Positions 43,581-57,421 of a stretch of 64,000 bases of DNA are shown here, in pieces (within the stretch, counting starts at the first letter, position 1; each line of letters begins with the position of its first letter). The stretch is from contig OX597831.1 of NCBI GenBank assembly GCA_951406725.2, positions 81,778,001-81,842,000 on the forward strand. The letters run 5' to 3'. The stretch comes from Octopus vulgaris (Eukaryota). A program made the translations under genes and the position numbers. The notes beneath the pieces are model-generated. The model saw nothing but the letters and a program-made list of their open reading frames with translations, made no database searches and was not told where the DNA came from.

Positions 43581-43639
43581 TAATAATAATAATAATAATA
43601 ATGATAATAATAATAATAATAATGATAATAATAATAATA

Positions 43640-43673
<34 letters not shown>

Positions 43674-43728
43674 TTGCTTCAAACTATGATTACAAAAGCA
43701 CTGGGGGATCTACATCGAAAGAAAAAAC

Positions 43729-43761
<33 letters not shown>

Positions 43762-44329
43762 GTATATATATATATGTGTGTATATAGTATATATATATAT
43801 GTATGTATGTATGTGTGTGTACATGTCATTTGTATGTTTTAAAACAAAGACAGACCCCGAGGGCAGACCGGGGGCAGATCATGGCAGCCCCATAAATGTC
43901 ACCAAATGCTGTTCAACATTAATCTAAGGGCCTCCTCCCCTGCTAAATAATAAAATATCACAGATGAGTGAGGCCGAAATATGTTTTGTTCAAATTAGGG
44001 CCATGCTGTGAACCTCTATTATTTACTAAATCAACATTATTGCCGTACATGTAGCTCATCCGGTCACGGCTAGGTGGCGCTGTAATCAACGGGTCATTAA
44101 TAACACGATACTCTATTCATTAAGCCAACAATTAAGGTCCTGTGTCTCGTAAGAGAGATCTACTTTTCGCATAAAATGCAAGATATTTAGAATTGGGTGT
44201 GTGGGGGTATTTTGTAAATATCATCGAGTGTATGTATGTGTGTGTATGTGTGTGTCTGCGTTTCTGCGTGTGTATATATATATATAAACGAACCTCCACC
44301 AACTATTCTGTCTATATATCTGGGCACAC

Positions 44330-44565
44330 CTTTCAATGCCAGAAGGTTTGCAAATCTTAACGGAGGCCTCAAAAGACATTTTAAGATCCACAAAGAGCAG
44401 AACTTATCTGCAGCTCTTGGTGGTCGAAACCGGATCTGCAATCTACGTGGGTGCCTTTCCAATACATTGTGTGGTTTAAAAAGCCACATCAAACGCCACG
44501 ATGGACCTGAAGTGTAAATACAAGAGGCGGTCAGACTCTGCATGAGGAGTAGACAACCACCATAT
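44330..44565 (+). mobile_element. LINE (RTE-like) 3' end with degenerate C2H2 fingers
   Basis: GGLKRHFKIH and CNL....NTLCGLKSHIKRH, then a stop and short UTR. Confidence 0.55.
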
Positions 44566-45399
44566 GCATATATGTGTGTGTGTGAGTGTGTGTGGAAAAA
44601 AAGTCAAGGTAGAAAATGGTAAAATAATTTTATAAAAAACATTTCACTACCAGTTTCGGTCATTGAAACTTCAACTCTAAATATGGAAAACAATTAGATT
44701 CTGGAAAAATTAAATGAAAAGTATTTTAACAGAATATTTGCATAGTATTCAAAAACCAGGGGCATTTTCCTTGTTTCTACCTGTCTCTGTCTCTCTTGTT
44801 TACTCTTATATGCATACTTATATACATACATGCATACATGTACAGACATATGTATGTATATATTCATGTATGCATGTATGAATGTGGGTATGTTGTGAAA
44901 CTAACAATTTATTAGTGCACTCCGGCACTTGAGTCCCTTCTCTGACTTTCTACTGATTAAGAAATATATATCCCCGTGTATATAAAAGGAAGAGGAAGTA
45001 GAGTAACGGTGGAGCGGTAGAGGAGGACCAAAGTTTTTAACAAGACTTCAGAATTGAAGGCGGCAGAGCAAAGGATATATAGACAATGCCGTTGAGATTC
45101 ACATAAACAAGATAGAAGAGAGGAAGAAGAGGAGAATGAAGAAGGCAATATAAGGGGTGGCTTGCAGGGCACTGAGATCGGTAAGGAATGGTTAGAATTG
45201 TAAAAGAAAAATTTGCTAATGTCCAGAGAAGACATCAGTATGAATGGACAATAATGTATAATGTGTAATAGTCCGTGAGAAAATGTCACGGAGCGGGAAT
45301 AGATCGGAGGGTGAGTGTGGTAAATAGAACAGCAAACAAGCTATTTTGTTTTTGTCTTCTACAACGTGAACATAAGTCATTCTGCACGCCAGAAGATAC

Positions 45400-46390
45400 C
45401 ACCTTTATAAAGATGGAATGGGCGGCATTGACGTTTGTGTGGGTACCTCTGATGGAGCTGAAATCGGTGAAATAGACGGCTTGTTACTTCTCAATGAAAT
45501 AGAAGTATTTATATATGACTTGTATAGGGATGATGTGTTTATGATATTGAATACTGCGATGAAGAGCATAACTGATACTTTACGAAATCAATAATTATAC
45601 CACTCCATAATTCAATAATGTGATAGTCGAACCGATTGTTACAACGGTAAACTTTCTGGGCATCACACGTAATCTAAACTCAAAATTGCTGAAGTCCTTT
45701 AAGAGAGCAACTAGCAAATCCTTATACATCCATACGCAGTTGGACCACCCACCAAAAGTCCTAATAGGCATCAACGAGAGAACAAAGGCGTTCTCTTCGG
45801 ACAAATCCACACTTAACAGAACCACGAAATAATAATGTATCGACGTATTATCATGTTGCTGATATCACAAAGGAATCGATTAGTCCTCACCATCAACTAG
45901 TAACCGCCCTAAAAGTACTGGGGAGAGAAATATAATATCATAATCTGCCATACAACAGTGGAACAAAAACCAGCGACGCAAAAGATATTCTCTTCGTAAT
46001 CAAAAAATATTTGTCGATCTACCGCTGATTCCCAAGACAAGATGAAGTTAAGTCACATCTGCATGGAAAATAGAAATGTTGGTAAGATTCACAAAGCAAG
46101 ACAAATACAAAATGGAGAATAACCAATATACAATTACAATTACCGAAATATGAAGTTGCCCAAACGGAGAAATGCGTAGAAAATATCGTTGTACGCCGTT
46201 GCTGTGTTCACGTGACAAATCAACACGCTTTCCAGATCATTGTTTCAAAAATCGCCAGAACCAGTGAATTTTGTCATCGATACTAAGAGAACACTTCACT
46301 ACATTCGAAACATATTTGGAATTTAAAGAAACATCAGCAGTGTTATATGAGCAACGTTAGACGAGGCAGAAGCTTCTAGGGTCCGAAGCA
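45400..46390 (+). pseudogene. Penelope-like reverse transcriptase plus GIY-YIG remnant
   Basis: DVCVGTSDGAEIGEIDGLLLLNEI, LYRDD, VNFLGITRNL...LYIHTQLDHPP, KHIWNLK. Confidence 0.8.
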
Positions 46391-46404
46391 AGTCCTACCA
46401 CTTC

Positions 46405-46635
46405 TTATTTCTTGATTGCCCACAAGGGGCTAAACACAGAGGGGAGAAACAAGGACAGACAAACGGATTAAGTCGATTACATCGACCTCAGTGCGTAACT
46501 GGTACTTAATTTATCGACCCCGAAAGGATGAAAGGCAAAGTCGACCTCGACGGAATTTGAACTCAGAACATAGCGGCAGACGAAATACGGCTACGCATTT
46601 CGACCGGCGTGCTAACCATTCTGCCAGCTCGCCGC
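46405..46635 (-). mobile_element. SINE family A, full length
   Basis: Nearly identical to 13500-13721. Confidence 0.93.
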
Positions 46636-47043
46636 TTCTACGCCACAAGTAACTTCACTTACTTCTCCAATGGCAAAACTGATTGAATTTCAAACTGCTG
46701 AAACATTCTTCCTTGGAATTTTCGGATAAGAATTCGGCACGAAGTGGTATAAATGGTATAAAAGACAGTTGACTTCAACGATTTCAGAATCATTTGGCCT
46801 TTGACAATCAAGATTTGAACCCTGAACACTGTGAACGGTCGTTTTTCTCAATCCACTCAGGTGTGCACTCGACGGACAAACCGATTACAAGAAACCGGGA
46901 CCCAGAATGGTAATTCCTCTTTACTCTACATATAGATAAACACCCCCCCACACACACACAAATATATACATGCGCACAGATACATGCATACGCAAAGTAC
47001 ACACACATAGCTACATAATAACTGACGCAGGAAATGAAAGATA

Positions 47044-47293
47044 TCGGGTTGGTGCAGAATTATTGCGGCTTTTTTTCAGCAAATTTTATTCAACAAAAAC
47101 AATAGCAACATGTTACAAAAACATCTTTAAATGATTATTCCGGAGCATATTCACCATCCACTTCAATTACTGCTTCCCATTTGCTTGGCAGGCGGTCAGA
47201 CCATCATTTAAGGATGTTTTGTTAAATATTGTTATTGTGTTTGTTGAATAAAATTTGTTGAAAAAAAGCCGCAATAATTATGTACCAACCCAA
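47044..47293. mobile_element. Mariner-derived MITE
   Basis: TA-flanked TIRs TCGGGTTGGTGCAGAATTATTGCGGC and GCCGCAATAATTATGTACCAACCCAA; core encodes the transposase C-terminus LPSKWEAVIEVDGEYAPE* on the minus strand. Confidence 0.9.
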
Positions 47294-47329
47294 TATATAT
47301 ATATATGTATGTATGTATATATATGTGTG

Positions 47330-48212
47330 TCATCATCATCATTGTTCGACCGTGATCGAGACAATGGAATTTACCATGCTACGCCAGACTTCACGGTCCA
47401 TCATGGCATTACGGAGGTCCTGTTGCTGGATGCCTGTATCCCTGGAGATTACATCAGGGTAGGAGAGTGTGCGTCCTCTGGTATTGCGAGTAGATGGCTT
47501 CCAGAGGAGAAGAGTAGAAATTACCTCTTTTTCAGCTCTACAACAATGTCCAGCAAACTGGACTCTCTTACCTTTCACAAGAGATGACACAGGTGGTAGT
47601 TTCCCATATATTTGCATCTCATGAGCTCTCATAAGGAGGCGAGTGTAGGTTCCATCCAACCGCCTCTCAAGCTTCTTTGATAACGTCCAGGTTTCTGAGC
47701 CATATAGTAGAATTGGTTCGACTGTGGCTTTGAATATTTCAAGTTTGAAGTCTCTACTTAGATTTGATGACCAGATCTTATACATGTCATTACAGGCTGA
47801 CCAGGCCATACCCTTTCTAGTGAGAAAGTCTTTTCCAGATGATGATATGTATGACCCAAGATATTTGTAATCAAAAACCATATTTAAAGGCGCATTGTTG
47901 AGAGTATGGATGATGCAATCACTGTTGGACAGGCACTTGTTTATGTATTCAGTCTTGGCCTCATTGAGGTAAAGACCTACACAATTTGAGGCTTGTTCAA
48001 GAGATTGTAAAAGAGACTGGGCATAAGAGGGATGTCGTCAGCAAAGTCAGTGTCTGTCAAGTACTCAGCTGGGTGTCTGGAACTTCTTCTTGGTTTTATT
48101 TCAAAGCCCTTCACAGAGATGGTATCAACTGACATACGTAGCACATAGTCAACGACAATGATGAAAAGAAATGGGGCGAGTGTGTCTCCCTGCAGTATTC
48201 CGGCTTTGAATA
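47330..48212 (-). mobile_element. 5'-truncated RTE-clade LINE (RT domain to (GAT)n tail)
   Basis: [48 protein letters not shown]; tail (GAT)n. Confidence 0.93.
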
Positions 48213-48847
48213 CTGTGTGTGGTGTGTGTGTGTGTGTGTGGTGTGTGTGTGTGTGTGTATAGCAGTAGTCTGAACTGACATATACCCATTAGCTCCACCC
48301 CCACCCCCGCAAAAAAATTACATACATAGATACATATATATACGCGCATAAAAGATGCACACAACATACGTACACAAATGCATGCATACATACACATACG
48401 TGCACATATACATACATTATATGTATATACACGCAGACATATATATGCCATTCTGTTTCTAGTTCACTTCGTCACCATTACTGCAATTGCCAAAGAGCAC
48501 CACCACCGCCACCGCCACCACTACCACCACTACCGCCACCGCCACCACCACCACCACCACAACCACCACCAACACCACCTCCATCACAACCGCCGCCACC
48601 ACCACCACCACCGTTAAATTCCTACCAAGTCCCTCTGCTCCATTTCATATAAAATGAACAGACTTTCTGTTGACCACCTCTTCCTCTCCATATCTCTCTT
48701 ACTTTCATTTTCTCTTTCTCTCTCTTTCTTTCACACACACTCTCTCTCTCCTCTCTCTCCCCTCTCTCTCTCTCTCTCTCTGTATGTATGCCTTTACCTC
48801 TCTCTACTGTTCTTTCCCCCTCCTCCTCTTTCTATTTACATTTGTCC

Positions 48848-49012
48848 TATGTATGTATGTATTGTATGTATGTATGTATGTATGTATGTATGTATGTATG
48901 TATGTATGTATGTATGTATTGTATGTATGTATTGTATGTATGTATTGTATGTATGTATTGTATGTATGTATGTATGTATGTATGTATGTATGTATGTATG
49001 TATGTATGTATG

Positions 49013-49044
<32 letters not shown>

Positions 49045-50475
49045 TGCATGTATGTATGTATTGTATGTATGTATTGTATGTATGTATGTATGTATGTATG
49101 TATGTATGTATGTATGTATGTATGTATGTATGTATGTATGTATGTATGTATGTATGTATGTATGTATGTATGTATTGTATGTATGTATGTATGTATGTAT
49201 GTATGTATGTATGTATGTATGTATGTATGTATGTATGTATGTATGTATGTATGTATGTATGTATGTATGTATGTATTTATGTATGTATGTATGTATGTAT
49301 GTATGTATGTATGTATGTATGTATGTATGTATGTATGTATGTATGTATGTATGTATGTATGTATGTATGTATGTATGTATGTATGTATGTATGTATGTAT
49401 GTATGTATGTATGTATGTATGTATGTATGTATGTATGCATGTATGTATGTATGTATGTATGTATGTATGTATGTATGTATGTATGTATGTATGTATGTAT
49501 TGTATGTATGTATGTATTGTATGTATGCATGTATGTATGTATTGTATGTATGTATTGTATGTATGTATTGTATGTATGTATTGTATGTATGTATGTATGT
49601 ATGTATGTATGTATGCATGTATGTATGTATGTGTGTATGTATGTATGTATGCATGCATGTATGTATGTATGTATGTATGTATGTATGTATGTATGTATGT
49701 ATGTATGTATGTATGTATGTATGTATGTATGTATGTATGTATGTATGTATGTATGTATGTATGTATGTATGTATGTATGTATGTATGTATGTATGTATGT
49801 ATGTATGTATGTATGTATGTATGTATGTATGTATGTATGTATGTATGTATGTATGTATGTATGTATGTATGTATGTATGTATGTATGTATGTATGTATGT
49901 ATGTATGTATTGTATGTATGTATGTATGTATGTATGTATGTATGTATGTATGTATGTATGTATGTATGTATGTATGTATGTATGTATGTATGTATGTATG
50001 TATGTATGTATGTATGTATGTATGTATGTATGTATGTATGTATGTATGTATGTATGTATGTATGTATGTATGTATGTATGTATGTATGTATGTATGTATG
50101 TATGTATGTATGTATGTATTGTATGTATGTATGTATGTATGTATGTATGTATGTATGTATGTATGTATGTATGTATGTATGTATGTATGCATGTATGTAT
50201 GTATGTATGTATGTATTGTATGCATTGTATTGCATGTATGTATGTATGTATGTATTGTATGTATGTATTGTGTGTATGTATGTATTGTATGTATGTATGT
50301 GTGTATGTATGTATGTATTGTATGTATGTATTGTATTGTATGTATGTATGTATGCATGTATGTATGTATATATGTATGTATTGTATGTATATATGTATGT
50401 ATTGTATGTATGTATGTATGTATACATATATATGTATTGTATGTATTGTATGTACGTATGTATGTATTGTATGTA
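48848..50475. repeat. ~1.6-kb (TATG)n array with recurring shortened variant units
   Basis: Read directly; explains the 500-660 aa ORFs. Confidence 0.98.
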
Positions 50476-51019
50476 TGGATGGATGTATTGATCTATCTAT
50501 CTATTTATCTATGCATATATACCTGTCTGTCTGTTTGTCTCTCTATCTATCTATCTGTATGTATGTATGTATGTATGTATGTATGTATGCATGCTTGTAT
50601 GTATGTATTATGTATCTATCTATCTCTGTGAATATGTATGCGTACATGTAGGTAGATGGATATACATGTATGTATATGCATTGAAGTATGCAACTATGTA
50701 TGTTTCTACATAAGTCTTTGAGCGATGTGTGTATGTGTTTCTACTCGTGTGCATGTGCATGTATATGTATGTGTGTGTCTTTATGTATCTGTATGCGCGT
50801 GAATACATTTGTATATATTTGCAAGCATGCATAAATGTTTGGATGCATACCTTTCTATAAAATTATGTGTGTGTGTGTTTGCCAATTTCTAATGAATGTA
50901 TGTATTTGAATACGCGCCTATATATCTACTCATGTGTGTGTGTTCGCGCGCACATACACGAATAAATACATACTTATATACACGCATACAGATATATATG
51001 TGTGTGTGTGTACGTATGC

Positions 51020-51083
<64 letters not shown>

Positions 51084-51384
51084 CATGCAGTGTTTTTGTG
51101 TGTATATGTCTGTTCTATGTTATATACACGCATGTAAGACAGGTTATAAATTTTGAAACAAAATGAATATATATATCATAAACACACACACACACACACA
51201 CACAATCACAAACACACACAATCACACACGTCTTGGAATCCGGAAAGCGCGCGCTAGTTAACGAGATATATGTTGAAGAGCGCCCTCTGCGAAATACCTT
51301 CAGCAGAAATCTTAAGTGGTTCCAGCAGAATTTATGGTTTGTTTCTCAATGAAACGCAATTGTTGTTGTTGTTGTTGTCGCATA

Positions 51385-51427
<43 letters not shown>

Positions 51428-51530
51428 AGTATTGTTGTCGTTGCTGCCATGTTGTTGTTGTTCTTTCTTTTATTACAACAGTTGTTATCTTATTGTTGTT
51501 GATATTCTTATTGTCGTCACTGCTAGTAGT

Positions 51531-51564
<34 letters not shown>

Positions 51565-51775
51565 GTTGACTGAATCGCTCGAGCGGCGAATGAAATCCGT
51601 TGCAGTATTTGTCGTGGCCCTTCATGCTCTGAGTTCAATTCCGGCTGAAGTCAGTTTTCTCTTTCGTCCTTCCCGGACCGATAAAATAAAGGACCAGTAT
51701 TGTTACTGGGATTGAAAACTAGAATCCAATGAAACCCCTCACCCAAAACTGCACACCTTGTACCTAAATTCGAAA
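51565..51775 (+). mobile_element. Old SINE family A copy
   Basis: CTGAGTTCAATTCC...TTTCGTCCTTCC...GATAAAATAAA. Confidence 0.7.
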
Positions 51776-52098
51776 TTAAATCAACACCGGTCAACTCTAA
51801 TCAACGAAGATCTCTGGCCAAGATTAACCCTATCTCGCCTTTTATTATTTATTTATTTTCCCCTTTTAATCACGGAAACAAAAAGGCTGCACCGATAACT
51901 CTTTACTTTTTGAGGGACCTCAGAAACTTCAGGATGAAAGAGAACTGGAAAGAGTTCTGCTACAAAACAAAACCAATGAACGGACGGAAGTCACCGCTCA
52001 CAATGAACAACTAACATAAAACAAAAAAACTCACCACAGTCAGTTATTTGATGTTGTGATACCTCGTCCAAGAACAATAACCTTCGATGTTTGTCTTT

Positions 52099-52239
52099 TA
52101 GTTTCGGTCTACCAAATCCACTCACAAGGCTTTGGTCAACCCGAGGCTATAGTAAGAAGATACTTGCCCAAGGTGCCACGCAGTGGGACTGAATCCAGAA
52201 ACATGTGGTTGCGAAGCAAGCTTCTTACCACACAGCCAC
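52099..52239 (-). mobile_element. SINE family B 5' half
   Basis: CTACCAAATCCACTCACAAGGC...CAGTGGGACTGAA. Confidence 0.85.
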
Positions 52240-53110
52240 CGCAATGCTTTAATTATAAAAGCTGCAAACTATGACTGTTAGTTTCACGTTCCCGTTCGTC
52301 GGACAGTTGTGATGCGTGTGTGTGTGTGTGTCTATATACATTTAAATATGTATACATACATATATATATATGTATATCTGTATGCATGTGTATACACAAA
52401 CACATACATACATACATATGCACACATATGCTCACACGCATACACACACACGTGCACATGCTTGTATATACATGTATGTAGAATATAGACCAATCCCGTG
52501 AGCTGTTACTCTGGAGTTTCCCCCCAACGTTTTGCCGATTCATCAGACAAAACGAAATACGCAGTCAACTTCCGTCTGGCAACAACATCAGGAAACTTCT
52601 GGTTATTCTTTCATCTTGTTCATATTCAGCATGTTTTCGCTTCCAATGACCTTTCCACGTTACTTTAAGCATTCCATCATGGACAATGATATCTCCCCGG
52701 CCTTTCTGTACGCAAACATTAATCTCCCGATCTATTCATCATAGCGATGGACAGTTGGGTGGGTAGGAAACCTTTCTCTTAGTTCTCTTCTTTACCCCTC
52801 TCAAAGCTACAACAAAAATTATCTGCAATGGTGATCACATAATTCAATAATATATTTAACATCATCATCATCATCGTCATCGGCTTAGACTCCACTCTAC
52901 CATAATTGCATGAATTAGACGAATTTCGTTGGCAGATTCTCTACGGCTGGATGCCCTTCCTGTCGCAAACTCTCGCCTGTATCCAATCAGGTAATATTGC
53001 TCCATGGCTTTAACGTTTTCAAGAAAGACTGGAATCGTGGGACACCACTTGTATGATGGTGCCACATAGCGTCAAGACAGGGAGATACACACAGACACAC
53101 ACACACACAC

Positions 53111-53248
53111 GCGATGGGCTTCTTCCAGTGTCCACCTACCAAATCCATTCACAAGAATCTGGTTACCCCGTGTATAGTAGAAGATACTTGCCCAAGGTGC
53201 CAAGTAGTGGGACTGGCCCTGAAACCACAGCTTTGGTGATGCAAACAT
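53111..53248 (-). mobile_element. SINE family B 5' half, degenerate
   Basis: CTTGCCCAAGGTGCC...GTGGGACTG. Confidence 0.75.
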
Positions 53249-53504
53249 GAAAATAAAAGTCAAAACATATATATATATATATAAAAGATTTTATAAATAA
53301 TTTGTAGATATATGTATGAGTGTATATATATATGTGTGCGTGTGTGTGTATGCATATATATATATGGATGTGTGTGTATATATACATATATATAAGGATA
53401 TATATGTATATGTGTGTGTATATATACATATATATAAGGATATATATGTATATGTGTGTGTATATATACATATATATAAGGATATATATGTATATATATA
53501 TATG

Positions 53505-54783
<1,279 letters not shown>

Positions 54784-54796
54784 ATATATATATATA

Positions 54797-54851
<55 letters not shown>

Positions 54852-54856
<5 letters not shown>

Positions 54857-55102
54857 ATATTATTAGAGACAAAACCACTATTTTGCAAAACAAACAAGGA
54901 AAGACTTAATCAATACATAAAATTTTAATAAAAAGTCAAAAAAAACCGCCACTACAATTGTTTCTTGTCCTAATCGACAATCTTCAGGTAGACTTCCAAT
55001 TTTCAAGTCAGTTTTTGACTTTTTATTAAAATTTTATGTATTGATTAAGTCTTTCCTTGTTTGTTTTGCAAAATAGTGGTTTTGTCTCTAATAATATTAT
55101 AT
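54852..55102. repeat. Inverted repeat (~90-bp arms) enclosing a hammerhead ribozyme
   Basis: Arms 54852-54942 and 55012-55102 are reverse complements. Confidence 0.95.
54949..54991 (-). ncRNA. Minimal type I hammerhead ribozyme
   Basis: Minus strand CUAC-CUGAAGA-UUGUC-GAUUAG-GACAA-GAA-ACAAUUGU-A-GUGG: complete core, 5-bp stem II, 4-bp stem I, palindromic stem III, GUA cleavage triplet. Confidence 0.8.
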
Positions 55103-55183
55103 AATATTTTACTATAAAATTGGATTTAATCCTAAATCTGATTTTTTCCCTGTAAATTTGGATTTATTCCCTAATATTTTTTT

Positions 55184-55214
<31 letters not shown>

Positions 55215-55225
55215 GTATATATATG

Positions 55226-55312
<87 letters not shown>

Positions 55313-55427
55313 TGTATATATATACGTATATATATATATGTATGCATGTATATATATGTATATATATGTGTGTGCATGTATATATATGTATATATATATA
55401 TGTATGTATGTATATATATATATGTGA

Positions 55428-55460
<33 letters not shown>

Positions 55461-55581
55461 GTATATATATATATGTATATATATGTATATATATATATGT
55501 ATGTATATATATATATATATGTATATATCTATGAGTATATATCTGTATATATTTATATATATATGTATGTACACATATATA

Positions 55582-56108
55582 TCATCATCATCATTGTTCG
55601 ACCGTGGTCGAGACAATGGAATTTACAATGCTACGCCAGATTTCACGGTCCATCATGGCATTACGGAGGTCCTGTTGCTGGATGCCTGTATCCCTGGAGA
55701 TTACATCAGGGTAGGAGAGTGTGCGCCCTCTGTAATTGCGAGTAGATGGCTTCCAGAGGAGAAGAGTAGAAATTGCCTCATTTTCAGCTCTACAATGTCC
55801 AGCAAACTGGACTCTCCTACCTTTCACAAGAGATGACACAGGTGGTAGTTTCCCATATATTTGCATTTTGGTTGGATGACGCTTCCACGAGAGATTTTGA
55901 GCTCTCATAAGGAGGCGAGTGTAGATTCCATCCAACCGCCTCTCAAGCTTCTTTGATAACGTCCAGGTTTCTGAGCCATATAGTAGAATTGGTTCGACTG
56001 TGGCTTTGAATATTTCAAGTTTGAAGTCTCTACTTAGATTTGATGACCAGATCTTATGCATGTCATTACAGGCTGACCAGGCCATACCCTTTCTAGTTAG
56101 AAAATCTT
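55582..56108 (-). mobile_element. 5'-truncated RTE-clade LINE, same family as 47330-48212
   Basis: [17 protein letters not shown]...LLYGSETW...VSTTVEQ*, (GAT)n tail. Confidence 0.93.
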
Positions 56109-56202
56109 TTCCACACACACACACACACATATATATATATGTATATATATACAGATATATATATGTATATATGTACATACACACATATATACGTACATAT
56201 AA

Positions 56203-56253
<51 letters not shown>

Positions 56254-56254
56254 T

Positions 56255-56790
56255 ATATAATGGAACAAAAATTCAATAGAGGACAATAAAATAACCGGAC
56301 AGATAGACGATAAAAGGCTGACAGGAAAAATAACAATTTGAACGGGTCATTCGTGACCTTCTTTCGTCAGTCAAGTTACGAGATGTCCTTACAGTTTCGG
56401 GTAGTTACACTTACGACTGTTCGATCTGGTTGCCTCCATAAAAGTCCAAGCGAAGAGCACTAGATTTTTTGTAAGAAAGCGAGTGAATGTGTGCGACAAC
56501 AAAGACAAATAACGGAGAACATGGTACACAATTACAAATACAAACAACAACAACTGAGGCCGAATCGAATTGAACTGGCGTCGTGTATAAAGTGAGAGCC
56601 TAAAGACAGGAACATAGATGGCCATAAGAGGTGTTGGCGGTCAGCAGTCGGGCCAAGAAAGAAAAATCATGGCTGGCCGAACAATGGTCACGTGGAAGGA
56701 GAAGAGAGAGGTAGCGGGTAGTGGAATTGAAGGATTAGAAAAAAAATCCAAGAGAAAGGTACAGTGGAGATAAACGAGGAAAATATATGT
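56255..56790 (-). mobile_element. Non-coding Penelope-type repeat, same family as 27557-28095
   Basis: Collinear shared motifs with the 27.6-kb copy. Confidence 0.55.
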
Positions 56791-56871
56791 GTGTGTGTGT
56801 AAATACATACATACATACAATATATATATATACATGTGTGTGTATGTATATAAATATTTAAAAGATGAAAA

Positions 56872-57081
56872 TGCACTAGGATTTGTTTATATTTTGTATT
56901 TTTAAACTTTTAAAGATTTAACTGGTTTTCACAGATTTCTGATTCTCAAATGTTGAGATAGAAAGATGTAGTCGCAGCTCCGTATCTCTCTCGCACCACT
57001 TTTGTAAATCAGAGAAATCTGTGAAACAAGTTAAAGCTTTAAAAATGTTTAAATAACAAATATAAAATGAATTCTAGTGCA
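56872..57081. mobile_element. Old imperfect hairpin element (MITE-like)
   Basis: TGCACTAG/CTAGTGCA ends; TTTCACAGATTTCT/AGAAATCTGTGAAA internal arms. Confidence 0.7.
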
Positions 57082-57093
57082 GTTTCAGCTTCT

Positions 57094-57125
<32 letters not shown>

Positions 57126-57269
57126 CATACACACATACAGAGAGAGAGAGAGAAAAAAAAAGACATATGTGCACACACACACGTGAACAAACACACGTGA
57201 ACAAACACACACACAGAAAAGAATACACACATCTATCCACGCTTTAACATCTCATGGTAAAGAAACCAA

Positions 57270-57307
57270 TAACAATAGAAACAAGTTAGTTTTAAAAAGA
57301 TTTTATT
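57270..57307 (-). terminator. Candidate polyadenylation site of the minus-strand gene
   Basis: AATAAA (57302-57307, minus) followed by the GT/T-rich tract TTGTTTCTATTGTTATTGGTTTCTTT; coincides with the CpG-depletion boundary. Confidence 0.45.
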
Positions 57308-57379
57308 AAACTTTCTCATGAATTTTAATAATTATACAAAATAACTTCTATAAAAAATAGGATATTATAGATCAAACAT

Positions 57380-57421
<42 letters not shown>

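Noticed and set aside
44236-44517. C2H2 zinc-finger gene fragment
   Set aside because: Degenerate fingers, no splice context, and layout fits a LINE 3' end.
48654-50651. 500-665 aa ORFs (MYVC/HTYI repeats)
   Set aside because: Translations of the (TATG)n array; no coding evidence.
51270-51300. TTGAAGAG...GCGAAA hammerhead-like string
   Set aside because: No stem I or III and no cleavage triplet in register; the similar string at 3520-3551 fails for the same reason.
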